A stretch of 56,475 nucleotides of DNA. It comes from Chromera velia (lineage: Eukaryota). The notes under the pieces were generated by a model. The model was not told where the DNA came from. It saw only the letters and a list, made by a program, of their open reading frames with translations, and searched no databases. A program made the position numbers and the translations under genes. Positions 24,701 to 39,000 of the stretch are shown here, one piece after another. Each line of letters opens with the position of its first letter. Within the stretch, counting starts at the first letter, position 1. The stretch lies in assembly GCA_018398765.1 (NCBI GenBank), contig JAHBMJ010000111.1:1-56475 (forward strand), read 5' to 3'.

Positions 24701-27700
24701 TCCACTTTGCTCCATGTCTCCTTCTATTTGTATGCATGTCTTTCTCTGTGTTTGATGCACAGACCTCTTTCGGCTTTGTTTTATTCCTGAGAGTAGTCTC
24801 ATGTTTCTTTTCAATTCGAATCCATGATCGCAGGACTGGAGGAGCTGGACGCCCACGTCCCCTGTGCCTGGGTGGACTACAAACTCCGTCTCCGCAACCC
24901 CCTCCTGCCTGCTGAGGTAGCAAGGATCCGAAAACTGGGAGCAGGGGGGAATGGGGGGCCGCTCTCATTGGGATCCCAACCGGGAGGGGCAAATGCAAAG
25001 CCCCTGGAAGATAGAGTTTTGTCGGGTGTTGTGCCTTCAGAAATTGAGGTGGACCCAGTGCTGCTGGACCGACCTTGCGTGCTTGTCGTCTGCGTTGCCT
25101 CCTGTCTTGACTTGCCCGTTAAGTTCATTGGACAGCGCTCAGATGCCCTGCGACCCTATGTGTCCTATGAAATTCCCGGAAGCTCTCTGGGACGTCACTT
25201 CACATTAACCCGGGCAGGCACGTGTCCGACTTTGGACGACCGTCAGAATGTCCGAGTGGACGTGGAGGATCCCGACTTCCAGAGGTGGGCCTGTGCGGAG
25301 GGACTGCAACTTGTGGTGTTCGATGACTCGAATCAGGTCCCTGAGGAGACGGGAGACGTCAAGAAGGACGGGCAGTGGCGGCTCAGCGAGAAGGATAGAG
25401 CGGTGCGTCGGGTTAGACAAGACCCTTTTTTTTCTCGATCTTATCTGTCGCTTTGTGATTTTTCGACTTTCTGCTGACTGTATGTGAGGGGGTTGATTGA
25501 CCGCTCTTGTTGCTTGTAGGGCAGTGTGAATTCCCTTGACGCCCTCAGGCTGGCTTCAATGTTTTGTGATTTGTGTGTGTGAGGGTGGGGAAGCACTTGC
25601 AGATGATGTATGCCTTCATTCATATCGGAATCGAGTGCAATTGAGTGGTTCTCGGACCTGGATTGTTTGCTCGCATAGACAATTCACATCAGATCGAACG
25701 TGCTGTTCTCTCTATTCCTTCCTTCCTTCCTTCCTTCCTTCCTTTCTTCCTTTTCGTTCAGGTGATTGAGATCGGATTGCTGGGAGAAACCCGGGTTTTC
25801 CTCCACCCCCTCCTTTTGAACCACAGAGCCGTGATCGATGACTTCTTTCCCCTTAGAGATCCGCAGACGGGAAAGGCAAACGGAGGATCTGTGCACGTCC
25901 AGGTAGGTGCATGGGGGGGGATGAGGGGAGATTATAGTGTAAAATGATGTTTTTTTTGTGAGAATGGAGAAGACTAGGGGGCAGTAGGGGGGCGAAACAA
26001 ACGCGACGATCATCTGGGAAACAATCAAAAAATCAAAAGACCTTAGATGGGAACCCTTTGTTTGTTTTTTATTGCCGAAGGTGTGTTTCTTTCTATGCCG
26101 ATTGCACGGCCGTCATTTATCGGTCTATGTTTCGATTCACATCACATTTCTTGACTTCGTTCTGTTTGCCCTCCCTCTGTGTGTGTGTGTGTGTGTGTGT
26201 GTGTTCAGATTCGGTGGCGCGAGGCATCTCTGGCCGAGGCTGTGCCTGCCCACGCAAGCGGGGAGAAGGACGCTGGGGAGGAAGCAAGGAAGGCACTCAG
26301 AGAGATTGACAGGAAGGAGAGGGAGAAGGAAGCCAAGAGCTTCGGGCAGGACGCTGCTGACGTCCTCATGGGACGGTTGGAGTTCCGTTTGAGGGATTCA
26401 GACTTCGATTTTGAGTTGGCACTTCAGAGTGCGGACACAAATAGGTAAGCCGGATGGAACGGGATAGAGAAAGAGGGGGAAAAGATCTTTGCGAGGGTTT
26501 CACGAGAATAAATGGTCGCGAGCAACAGTTTTCACGGGCGTTTGGCCTCTATGCGTACGCATTTGCTCGTTTGTATGAACCTTTTCTATCCGTGGCCCTT
26601 GTAGGTCCTCGCGTATTTGGCCCCTTCTCTTCTCGACAGACATCGTGCGCGTGTCTCCGTCTGCACGCACGTGGTTGTCTTTTTTTTATTTCTCTTTTTT
26701 TCTTTTATGCCATGCCTGGCATGGTGCAGAAATGGAACTTTGGAGCTCGACGACTGGCTGGTCCTCTGTGAGTCTCTCCCGATGGTCATCACTCCCAGGG
26801 AGGCCAGGCAGGTGTTCACTCTGATAGACAAGAACAGAAGCGGGAGCATCTCCGCAAGGGAGATGAAGGAGGCGTTGGAGAGGGGAACTGCACAACTGCC
26901 TGTCAGGAGACAGTGGGCATTGGCAGTCGGGGACCGTCTGGCACAGTCGATCTATAGGGCTGGGTCGAAGCCGAAGGATGTTTTCAAGTCAGCAGCGAGC
27001 TGTCCAGTGCTCCTTCGTTTTTTTTTTGGTATGCAAGAAGGACGTTTCCAAGTCAGCAGCGAGCTGTCCAGTGTACCTTCGTTTTACACTGCTGTATGAA
27101 TGTCGTTTTATGAAATTCATCCACTAACCTAAAGTCGAGCAAAGCACGCAGATCTGTCGACTCAAAGTGCAAAAAGAAGGCCAAAACACTTTCTCGATTT
27201 AGTATTCATTCTTCCCTTCTTCCTTTTCTTTATGGGAGTGCAGGTCCTTTGCGAAGTCCTGTTCTGGAGATGAGAGCCTCGATGTGGGGAGGCACATGAC
27301 CTTCGAGGAATTCAAAAAATTGTGTGCCAAATTCGACGAGCTCCTCTCACCTGAAGACGCTACCACGCTCTGGTGTTGTTTCGACAAGAGCACTGCGATC
27401 TCTCCAGTAGGCACGATCTCGGCCTCCCAGTTCCTCTCGTGTGTGAGATCTGCAGCAGTCTCTGCAGCTCGATATCGAGGCAAGGGGGCTCTTGCAGACG
27501 ATGGAGCCGAGAAGATTGCAGGTGAATACAGAATGCTGGAGTCTTCAGATGGCGCCTATTTCGATTGTCTGCTTGGGCGTCTGGCGGACAAATTGATGAG
27601 CAGATTCTCTGACCTCGACGCAGCCTTCAAGGCCTTCGATGTCTCCAAGGACGGATCCCTGGCTCTGGATGAATTCACAACAGCAGCCAAGAGATTTGAT

Positions 27701-30700
27701 ATCAAAATGTCCAAGCGAGAAGTCAAAATGGTCAGTCGAAATTATCTCAAACTCATCAATCAATCTACCAATCCAATCATTCATCTGCATGGAGAGAAGG
27801 AATGGTAATTCACTTGGCCGTTCTCTGCTTGGGCTGCTGATACGGGCATGCAGTCTTTTGACTCCTTCCGTTCTCTCTGTTCCTTCTTGTCTGTTTCCCT
27901 CCTTCCCACGTGCTCGAAATAGAAATTGGTTTGTGCAGCAGTGCATCAATGAAATCTCTGCCTCGATGGACAAGTCCCCAGTTGTCTCTACTGTACCAAA
28001 ACTCTTTCTAGCTTTCTTCCTTCCTTCCTCTTTCTGCTGCAGCTGTTCACGACAATCGACGACGATGCCTCCGGTTTGATTTCCATCACGGAGCTTCGAG
28101 GAGCGATCAAGAGAGTCTTCAAGAGCCGTGGGTTGCGCAGAGAGGCGAGGAGACGGGAAGTCTGGGTGATGGATCTCTTCGGGAGGTTGAAGAGGAGAAT
28201 GGACAGAGTTGGCACCTCAATGCGGGAAGTCATGACACGCAACGACCCTCTGATGTCTGGGTACATCCCTGCAGCCGATTTCAAAAAGACACTCAGAAGG
28301 TGCGTCAGTTAATTCCCACCTCCTTTTTTTGCTCGTTTTTTTACTGTCAAATATTCATGTATGCATGTCTCATGCGGGTAGTACCAGCATCCAAAATTGG
28401 TCTGGTCTCGGATATTTGGTCAGAGGGTGCATCGGGTGGCTTAGCGTCTGCCTGAAGTTTGTTCAAAATCTCGTGGTAGCAGAATGCATATATTAATTGA
28501 CAGGCATACAGTAAGGCAGGCTCTGTATTTTCCTCCCTGGCTTTCTTTGTGGCTCCCTGTCTGTGGATATGCATGCAGATTTGAGGACGAGCTGACAGCC
28601 GCAGAGCTGGAGCTTTTGCTTTGGACTTTGGACAAGGGAATGGATGGTCGAGTGGACGTTCAGGAAGTGATCGATAAATTCGAACACGCGACTGTGCACA
28701 TCCCAGTGGGAGGTTCAGGAAACCCCCAGGACGCGTATGATCTCCATAGGGCAGCGCTGCCTCATCCGAACAGTGTCTCTCTACCGACTAAACTTCACAT
28801 GCACGCAATCATTGAGAGGTTGAAGAGATACAGGATGAAGCACCCGTGTGAGCTCCTCGGGGCTTTGATGGTGTTTGACGTCGAGAGAGATGCGTCCTTG
28901 TCTAGAGATGAATTCCATCGAGCGCTGAGAACTCTTCCAACGGGGTTGTCGCGAGCGGAGGTCTGTCTGTTCTTCTGTTTTCACCTTACTTGTTTGGCCT
29001 TTTTTGTTTCGGTTTGCGTGTCAACATTTGTTCGTTTTTTCCTAGTCCGTTTTGGTCTGTTTGAGCTTTTTCTCAAGCCGCGCTTTTTTGATCTTTTCGG
29101 TTGGAATCCGCCTCCACGAGCCTGCGCGTTGTGGTCGCCTTCCTGCTTTCTTTCTCCTTTCCTGCTTTCCCTACGACGCTCCCTCCTTTCAGATCCATGA
29201 ACGCACCTTTCACCCCGTGCCACAACGCATGGATGCAGGTCGACTTCCTGTTCCTCGACCTGGCGGGGGACAGAGCGACGGTGACGTACAGAGACCTGCG
29301 GAGCTGTCAGGACCATGACGAAAGAATGAGTCACGGGGGGACGCCTGCGCAGGTGGCCAGAGAGCTGTTCCGTCGAGTGAATGCCCGAATGAACGCGAGA
29401 GACGAAAACCCATTCGAGCTATTCGGTTAGTCGGTCGGACGGTCAAAAGGGAAAAGGAGGGGAGGGGCATTGTTTCTCTTTCCTTTCTATCTAATCTGAC
29501 CACAGAACGCATTGCGTATCGTCTCATTCCGCTTTTCTTCATGTTTGCATGTGCTCGCACGACTAGGCAGAGACATGTTAGGTATTTGGGAATGTTCCTT
29601 GCTCCAATGATCCAAAACTACACACACATACAGACTTCCTCACATTTACCCACGTATGTGTTGAATGCAAACAAACAAACAAACTTTCAGGGAAATTCGA
29701 CCAGAGACGTCGCGGTCTGATCTCGGAAAGGGACTTCAAGGACATCTGTCTGAAGGCAGAGCCTGCACTCTCGAAGACTGAGATCGACACCCTGGTGTTT
29801 GCTGCGGACAAGGACCAGTCAGGCAGCGTGGACTGGCAGGAATTCCTCGAGGGCATAGTCGGTCTGACTCCCTCCGGCGATCTGGAGTCTGATGAAGCGG
29901 GAGGGCCCACGAGGGTCAGTCAGTGAGTCTGCATGTCGTATGTGTTCTCTTTCTTTCTTTCTTTCTTTCTTTCTTTGTTTGTTTGTTTGTTTGTTTGGCA
30001 GAGCTGGGGGGGCAAAAGGAAGGGAAAAACAAAAAGGGGAGTGTGCGAGTCTGTCTCTATCTCTTCTTTTAAGTCTCTCTCTTTTTTCTGGATCGTTTCT
30101 TTTCGTCAAGCACTTTGTATGCTCCCCTTCTTCATTTTCTTTTTTTTTTTCTCTGCAGGTCCGGAAAGAGGCCGTGATGCTGACAGACGACCAGATGAAT
30201 GGAATTCTTTTCCGTCTCGCCAAGGGCCTAGAGAAAAAGGGAAGTCTGAGAGGGGCGTTTGATGAATTTGACACAGACGGAAGTGGGTGGTTGAACAGAG
30301 ATGAGGTCTGTCGGATGTTGGGACGGGAGAATTTGGGCCTACACAGGACGGAGATTGAGCAGATCGTTGCGTACATGGACGAGGACGGCGACAGAGAGCT
30401 GAGCAAGATGGAGTTCGTGAAGTCTCTCGAGAAGGCTCTCCAAGCAGGGGAGGCTCTGATGCAGTGGGCCAAGGGGACCTTGATGAGATTGGCAGAAAGG
30501 GCCCGCAGATTTGTAGACAGGGACAGATTGCAGGTCGGTCGGTCTCTCGCTCAGTCAGGCCGGGGGGAGGAAAATCAGAAGACAATGTGAAAAGAAGCAA
30601 GAACTTCTTCAAGGAAACGAGCATACATACGTACATGCATACATACATATATACATACGTACATACAGAGACCGAGATAGAGATAGAGAGAGAAAGAGAG

Positions 30701-32829
30701 AGAGAGAGAGAGGAGGAGAGATGCTGAAAAAGAAAGACAGGGAACGACTTCTGCTTGAAGATTTACGGCCGTTACTGTGTGCGCTTTCATTTCGTCAGAG
30801 AGGATTGAGCAGCTTTCCACATCTCTGTGTTTGCAATTCTTGAGCACACGGAGGTAGTGCGTATTTACTCGCTCGCTCCTTCAAATTCCAAAATGTGTGT
30901 GTAACTGTGCAGGAGGGTCTCTCTTACGAGCAGTCTCTCGTGTCTCTGTTTGTGTCTCGAGATCCTTCTTTGACGGGCTCGATGGGCTTTGAGAGGTTCC
31001 GGGACGTCGTCAAGGAGATCGACGAGAGCGCTACAGAGTGGATGTGCCTCAGGCTCTTTGCACTCGCAGATAAAAACGTCTCCAAGTGCGTCGCTCTGCC
31101 TCCCTTATTTGTTTCCTCTCAAGCGCCAGCACGTTCAGATACACTCTCGTATAAAGGCGAGAGAGGAACGAGTCACGTTCATGAAACAAATGCGCCTTTT
31201 TCTTTTGTGTCTTCTGTCAGTCAAGCTTGCTCAATCTCAAAGGAGCTGCCTGCACCCCTTCCTGCCGTCTGTCTACTTTGTCTTTGTCTGTCCACCACAA
31301 TGAAGAAATCACGAAAGAAACATCTCGATGCTTTGCTTTCAAATTTGCTGAATGCATTGCAGTTCGATCGACTACCGAGACTATTTCACGAATCTGATTG
31401 GAGAGGAAGCCACCAGAGTAGAGACTGTCCAACCATCCAGGGCTGCAGCCGCAAGGGGGGCGAGGGGAGCACAGAGGAAAGGGGACGAGAGGGGGCAACT
31501 GGAAGATGAGGAGGCGTTGGAGGCGGGGGCGCCTGAGAGGACTCCCATCAAGTCTGTCTGGAGTAGATAGAGGCTTTTTGGGTGTGGTTCGCTTTCTTTC
31601 GTGTCTTGTTGGAAGGACAAAAGTCCGTCCTTTCTCTCGGTAATCCCCCCCTCTGTCTTTTTCACTGTGTGTCTGTGTATGTGTGTTTGCACCTGTGTCC
31701 TTCTCTGTGCTTGTATGAGTGAGCAGGTGGCCTCCTCCCGACAAGCTCCTGACTGTGATCACTGCTGTAATCTCAAAGATGAACAACAAACTGTCAGAGA
31801 GGGACATCCCTGAGGAGAGGGCATTGAAAACATTCGATCAATTCGCAGAGGCAGACGAGGGCTCGGGTCAAATGGGAAAGACCTCCATGTCAAGGTGGGC
31901 CCTTCCTTCCTTGTCTGTCTAGATGTCTATCTGTCTGTCTATCTCTCTGTCTGTCCATCTGTCTGTCGATTCTTCTCGAACTAATGAAGAGGAAGGAAAG
32001 AGACACCGTCCCCTTTGAAGTAACACGGCAGCGAAGATGTTCTTTTTGTGTTCTGTCTTCCCCCATACAGTGTTGGCTTGCTCTTCAGTAATATCTGCCT
32101 TTCTGACATCATCCTTTTCTCTCTCTCTGGTCCGTGCCTGCAGAGCGCTGCGTTCGTTGAACTTGGGTCTCTCTGACACGGACATTTCCCTTTTCTTCAA
32201 ATATCTGGACAAGGATGGATCCGGGATGGTCAGCAACGAGGAGTTTACTCGGGCTGGCAAGAAGGCAGGGGGACAGGCACAAAAGCTCTTCGAGGAATGG
32301 CATGCGATCGTGTGTGACCGTCTGACGATTGCACTGCAACGCTTGCGGCAGAATCGCCCGCTGGAGGCCCTCTTCATTTCCCTCACAGACCATGAGGAGG
32401 GTGTGTTTGAGTTTGAACACTTCAAATCAATGCTCGACCTCACACACCTGTCTCCGTCTGTCGACAAAGATTCCGCACTGCTCCTCTGGATTGCACACGA
32501 CAAAGACTTTGCCGGTAGAATGGACTTTTTCGAGTTTGCATCCAAGTACGGATCGGCAGAACAGAAAGCTCTTGCCATCCAGGCACGCAAGATGCACAGG
32601 GGGGGGAAGGGAAAGCACGGAGGTCCGAGTAGAGAGAGCCTGAACTTTGGGGCAGAAGGAACAGCAGAGATCTGTCGTCGAATTCTGAACGCGATGCAAC
32701 TGAGGGGAATCGGGTGCGGAAATTTTGATGACGTTAGCGCGGCGTTCTCGCTCTATGTCTCTGAAGAGGGAGAAAAGGCGTCAGTCAGTCAGTCACTGAG
32801 TCAGTCAGCCAGTCCCCTATTTGAAGTTT

Positions 32830-32863
<34 letters not shown>

Positions 32864-32870
32864 CTCTCTA

Positions 32871-32901
<31 letters not shown>

Positions 32902-32968
32902 CTTTGCTGTGTTCTCCCTGTCCTTTTCTTTCGTCCTCTCAATTTCCTTGTCAGACACTTCTCTTCAG

Positions 32969-33027
<59 letters not shown>

Positions 33028-36000
33028 CGTGAATGTGTGTGTGAGTGCGTAAATGTCTATGGTAATGCTTACGTGAATGCAGTGTGCTTGACTACCGCGC
33101 CTTCTGCAATGCCCTGTTTGACTTTGGGGCTCTTCTTCCTGATGAGGAGACGGCGCACCTCTTCAGAAGCCTCGACAGGGACGGGAGGCTGACGGTGAGA
33201 TGCAATGACATCGCGTACCTCCTCAGGTCCCACAACGGCGGCGGTGTGGGGCTCCAGCAGGGCCACAACACAGAGTCTGCAATGGCAAGTGCGATGGCCC
33301 TCCAGATTGGTTCCTCTCCTGAAATTAGGTGGGCAAAAAGGTGGGTGGCCCGGCTGATGGTTGCCTGCAAGAGGAAGGGCAGGGCGGCGCTTCTGGAGGC
33401 TTGTCAGTTGTACTCGACCCAGAAGGATGGGACGCTGACGGCCTCAGACCTCCAACTCTTCTTTGACGCCTACCTAGACCCCAAACCCGAAACGCTGGAG
33501 GTTCAGAGACTCCTCTCTGTACTGGCAAATGACAGGTGAGTGAGTGATATATCGTGTCTGTGCAAAAATGTGAGCACATTTCACTGATACGCAGGGTGCT
33601 ATTTGTGACAGCATTCTTTTCTGTATCAAGAGATCAGCACTGGCTGCGTCTATGTCATAAAGCAGACAGGAACGAAGAGCGGTCGGCCTCATCCTCGTTT
33701 ACTTCGTCACAATCCATGGAATTACCTTTTGAGCTTCCAGCTTGATCTGTCCCTGTCTATCATACCGATGAGGCCTTCTTTTAAAGCCACTGATGAATCC
33801 CTCTCTCTTCCGACGCACGAGACTCTTCGTTTCCCTTTGTCTGTGTGTTTCGCTTGACGGACAGATACGAGAATGGTGCGATTGAGGCGCTGCGTTTCCT
33901 GTCTCGGACTTTGCCTTCTCGTTCGGCCCTCGGAGAGGCAGAGAGAGGGGACACCAGCGGAGAAGATCTGCGCGCTCAGATGGGGGCCATGGGGGGACCT
34001 TCTGCAGCTGTAGAGTGTGAGGGCGAGTGCGAGGCGGTGCTCGGAAAGATCAAGTACCGTCTGGAGGCACGGGGCGTGGCGTTGGACGACTTGACACGAG
34101 CGTTCGATACAGACGAGGACGGGAAGCTCAGCCAAAGGGAGGTCGAAAGGTCAGACAAAAAGATATGCATGGATTCTATCTTGTTTTTTTTTCTTTGTTT
34201 CGGATTTGTTGTATTTTTGGGCATTGAGAGACATCACATTTTTTCGATGGTTCTGGTCTGTCCTTTTTTGCTCTTTAAGACAATGAATGACGTTTCTGTC
34301 AATGAATGACAGGAAGCTGAAAAGTCGAAAGAGAAAGTCTTTGAGAAAAATACGAGGACCGCAAGACCATGTGGATCGCAAAACTTTTTGTTGGTAAAAT
34401 GATATCAGATCGCTTTGTTCTGTTTGAAAAACAGAGATCTTCTGAGGTCGGCTCCTAACATGCTGACAGCCGGTGCCCTTTCCCCATTTTTTCATTCCTT
34501 CTCTTTTGTTATCTCCTTGTCTCCTGTTTGCAGAGGCCTGTTGGTGGCCGCATTGGGCGTATCCGCAGTGGAGGCCGGAAAGCTTTACGTCTTCTGCCGT
34601 CAGATGCAGGCGGAGACTGAGCAGAGGAACGAGGGGGGTCGGGGTATCGGCAGTGCGGGTGTACAGCAGGGGGGGGAACAGGGCCTGATGCTCCGAACTC
34701 TTCGTGATGCCATTGCAAGAGAGGGAGGGAGTCGTGTGTCTGCGGACTGCAACGAGAAAGCCCTGAGGTTCCTCCAGAGAGTGGCACAGAGGTTTGAGTC
34801 CTCCGGAGTTCAGCTGGATGCCCTCTTCTTCAAATTAGCAGCAAGGGAGGGCATGAACTTCGAGCAGTTCTCCAATGTCAGTAGGCAGGCAGTGGTCTCA
34901 CGCATTTTTTTTTTCACTTCAATGGATAGATGAAGGAAAGGATACATTCTTGGATTGAAAGATTAGGGGCGAGAAAGAGGGAGCATGAGACAAATGCATC
35001 AGTCGGCCAAGCAGATGAGGTACAAAAGCGGGCTCACATACAAAGAGAATAACAAACAGAATTGTGTCCTTCCAGTCGTAAAGTCTTTTGCCTTTTCTTG
35101 TGATCTCCATCTTCGTTCATATCTGCAATGCTTCCTTTTTCTTCGTCTGGGTCGTTGCATTGGACCCTTTCTTTCCCTTGCCTTTTTTCCCCCGTTTCTC
35201 CGTGCAGCTGATACGGACAGTGGAGCCCGACGTTGCACGTCCAGTACTGGCTCTCTGCTGGCGCTTCGTCGACAAGACCCCGGACGACCGTATGGGGTTC
35301 GCGGAGTGCATCAACAAACTGTCACCTTTGGTCCTGAAGGCACAGAACGCAGCGGAGACGGCACCGCCGCCCGGGAGCAAACCTGCTGCGGGCGATCGCC
35401 GCATGTCTGTGGCATCCGTGAGTGAAGCAGACAGACCCGGCGGGGGGGCGCCCTACGTCGCTCTGACTGAGGAGGAGTTGGCAGCCAAAGCCATCAGCCT
35501 GAGGGCTGCTCTGCTCTTGCACGGCCTCGACGGAGAATCATCCTGTCGGAAGGCGATGTCCCTATACGACAACGATAGAAATGGGTCAGTAGGTGGGTGT
35601 GGGGGGGATGGATCGGTGATTTTTCTTCAGTAGCAGCGAAAGATTCATAATGGACTGGGTGTGGTCGTGCTCTCCGGATTTCTTTTGGTTCTGCTTTTCA
35701 GTACGTGCAGGTGTAGGCCTTTGGTTTTGTCTTTGTTGGAGTATTTTTGAGATTGCTAGTTCATTTGGAGGGCTCCAAAAGCGTTTGTATTTGTGCGTGC
35801 AGGCACTTGAACTTGGAGGAATTCGAAACCTTCCTTTGGCACCTAGGTCTGCGTCTGTCTAAGGAGGAGAGCAAACAGCTGATGTCCCAAGTAGACCCTT
35901 CGGGCACTCTGGAGATCTCTGCAGGGGAAGTACAGAGACTGTTGCAGAGACTGCCACTCCAACAGGCAGAGAGTCTAGATAAATGGGCGACAGAGATGGT

Positions 36001-39000
36001 GAAGAAACTGATGGACGCTTGTGGAAGAGATGGAAGTGGAAGCGGGAAGAGCTTCTGGGAACACTTGAAAATGTAAGTGAGTGGAGAAAGCGGCTTTTGT
36101 TTTTTTCGTTGCTTCTTTGCTTGCTTGCTTCTCCTCCTTCTTTTTTTCTTCCGCTTTTTCTTTGCCTGCCCGTGGCTTTGCTTTGCGTCTCTCTGAGTTG
36201 GGTTGCCCGCCATGGACGGTACCTCACTTGATTTTTCTTTCGGGTATTATAAGACTCTTCATTCTAGTAATGCAAACAAATGTGTGAATGCAGAAGAGAC
36301 CGAAAGGGACGCAACAAGCCGACGTACAGGGCGTTCTCGGAACTTCTCGAAAGTATGGGCATGGCTCGGGCCGATGTTCAGAAACTGTACAAACTTGCTG
36401 AGAAGACGAGTGACGGCCTGATTGACGCTGCCCACTTCTATCAGCGTCACGCCTCTAGAGTTCTCTGTGAGTCTTCAAAAGACCGAGAGAGAGGCTGGCC
36501 CGGTGCGGGATCTTATGGCCGAGTTGAGGGCTCAGGAGAGGACGCTCAAGGAATTCGGGTGGGGGCCTCCAGCTCGGATCTGGAAAAGATGACTCCCACT
36601 GCACTTGAGAAGTCCATCTTCGATTCATTGATGGTTCCAAAGAACTCACGGACAGACTTCTTTTCCGATGAGCTGCTAGATCTCATCGTTGGCCGAGTTG
36701 ATTCTGTGCTCAGAAGAGGGAACGGGGGGAGTGGGGGAGACGGAATGAGCTTGACAGAAGCCCTGGCACTGCAGAGCAGAGGAGACGGAGAGGTAGGCCA
36801 GTAGAATGACTTTCTTTCTTTCTTTCAGTTTTTTTTCTCTTTCACTGCCTCTCTTCCGCATGAGTCTGTTCTTCCCCTTTCTTTCTGTCCATTTTTTTTT
36901 CGGCGTTTGTCCAACTACCTGTCCATCTGACTGTCGACGTGTTCATTGTTTTGTTTTTTTTTTTCTTAAAAAAACGTTTAGCAAGCCAGTCCAAAATACG
37001 TCGCCGTGCCTTTCCGTCCTTCCAGTCTGTTGTGTTCATGAAGAGACGAAGCGAAAAGAAACAGACAGATAGTGTGCCAGAAGGAAAAGACCGAACGATA
37101 CATGTGGTATGTCTGTCTGTCTATCTCTCTGTCTGGATGTCTGGATGAATGGATTCCTGCCTGCCGCATGCAGGTGTTGACAACTGCCGAGTTTGTCCGA
37201 GGTCTGATGGGTCTGCCTGTGACGCGCCTGTCTCTCCTAGAGTCCCACTGGGTCGCCTCCAGACTCTCCAGACCGTCTCTTCATTTCGGTGCGGGGGGAC
37301 AAAGGGGAGGCGTCATCAGATTCGCACTCATTGAGGTGAGCTCATGAACAGAGAGGAAGAGAGGCAGATAGGCAGGCAATTTGAGAACTTTACCGAGACA
37401 AAAAAAGGGAAATGGTCAACTGTCTTGTCTCTTCAGACACATAGGCGTAATACGCTTTCCCCCCCCTGGCTATTGACGTCCATGATGAGTGGAAAGGACA
37501 TGAAAGGGCGGAAACGGGACACGAGGCAGATCAGATTACCTGGTTTTCAGTCTTGCTTCTTCTTTTGTGTCGATACGTCTTTCCATTGTGTCCCTTCCTG
37601 TCTTTGTCTGTCTGTCTCTTGCAGGCTGCTTCCAAGAGAGCGCGCAACACTTATGGCATGAGAGAGCCCCAGGCGGTCAACCTGATGGCCGAACTTGAGG
37701 GCCTCGTGCGTCGGGAGGGTATGGACCTGTTGTCTCTTTTTGAGAAGATGGACAGAGACAAGCAGGTGGCCATGAGAGACAGGGCCCCGGCAAGTGGGCC
37801 CGCTGGACAGTCGACCCTGACCCCGGCAGAGCTCGGTGAGATTGTGCGTGGGTTCAAACTCGAGAAGGATAGTGGAGACACGATTCGCCTTCTCGCGGTA
37901 TGCGACAAAACCCCGAGTGGGTGCATCGACTATCGTGCTTCCATTGGTAGGCTCTTGGGTGTTCGTGAGGGGGCATCAGGTAGAGAGGCCAACCCTTGGG
38001 GCGGCGGGGGGCTGGCGGGCAAAGCGGCTGGTCCGAGTGAGGTGGAGGCGCGTCGGTTGAGAGAGGAGCAGGACGAGTGGAAACGTCTCATTCTTCATCG
38101 CGTGCGTCAGAAATTGTTGAGGCAACATCCAGAGATGCAACACTCACCTGGGAGGCTTGCGGAGGTTTTCTTCCGAATGTTCGATAGAGACGGAAGTGGA
38201 GTTCTCTCCATGGCTGAGGTCGGTTTTGTGCTTTCTTCTCTTAATGCCTTTGTGTGTCTTCACTTGTCTTGAGAGTAGTCAGATGATCGATTTTGCTGCT
38301 GCCGAGATTTTGTCGTGCGTGCCTGTCCCCTTCTTGTCCTGATGAAGCCGTTTCCTGTCGTTTCGTGTCCTGCGTCTTTTCTCCTTTTTTTTTTGTCCAC
38401 AAACACTTGGCTTGTTCCTGAACAAAGGTGCGTGCATGCGGATTCTTCACGTGCAAAGCTTTCACACATGTTTGTTTGGCTTTTCGTCGGTTACTGACTT
38501 TTTGCATTTTTTTAAAAACACAGCATCAAGCATGACTTATAATAAGAATGAGAAGTTTATTCTATGCACCTTTCTAATGCTTCTGCAGGTGAAGCATGGG
38601 ATTAATCTGTTGAGCATTCCTGTCTCCGACGAGGAGGTCAAGGAAGTGTTTTGGGTCTCTGGGGACCGTCTGACTCTCGACGGGCTGCAGAGACTCCTGG
38701 AGCCAGCACAGACAGACGAGGAAGTTCTCAGACTCAACGCCATTGTCTTCGAGAAGGTGAGCTGTGCGTTGGGTGGGGAGTTAGTCTTGTGGAGAGAGTT
38801 TGGGGTGACGGATTGCGTGAGAAGAAAAAAAAGTCTTGAGAGTGAATGTAAGCTTGCTCGAGAAGACAGAAGGGCTTGTGCAGTGAGACTTTCTTGCACG
38901 ACGCCAATAAAACTCTGTCATTGTTCCCGTTCTGGATTCGCAGTAGTCAGATACAGTGCTAAGGAGTAGAGGCCTGTCAACGTTCTTCTCTCTTTGTGAC

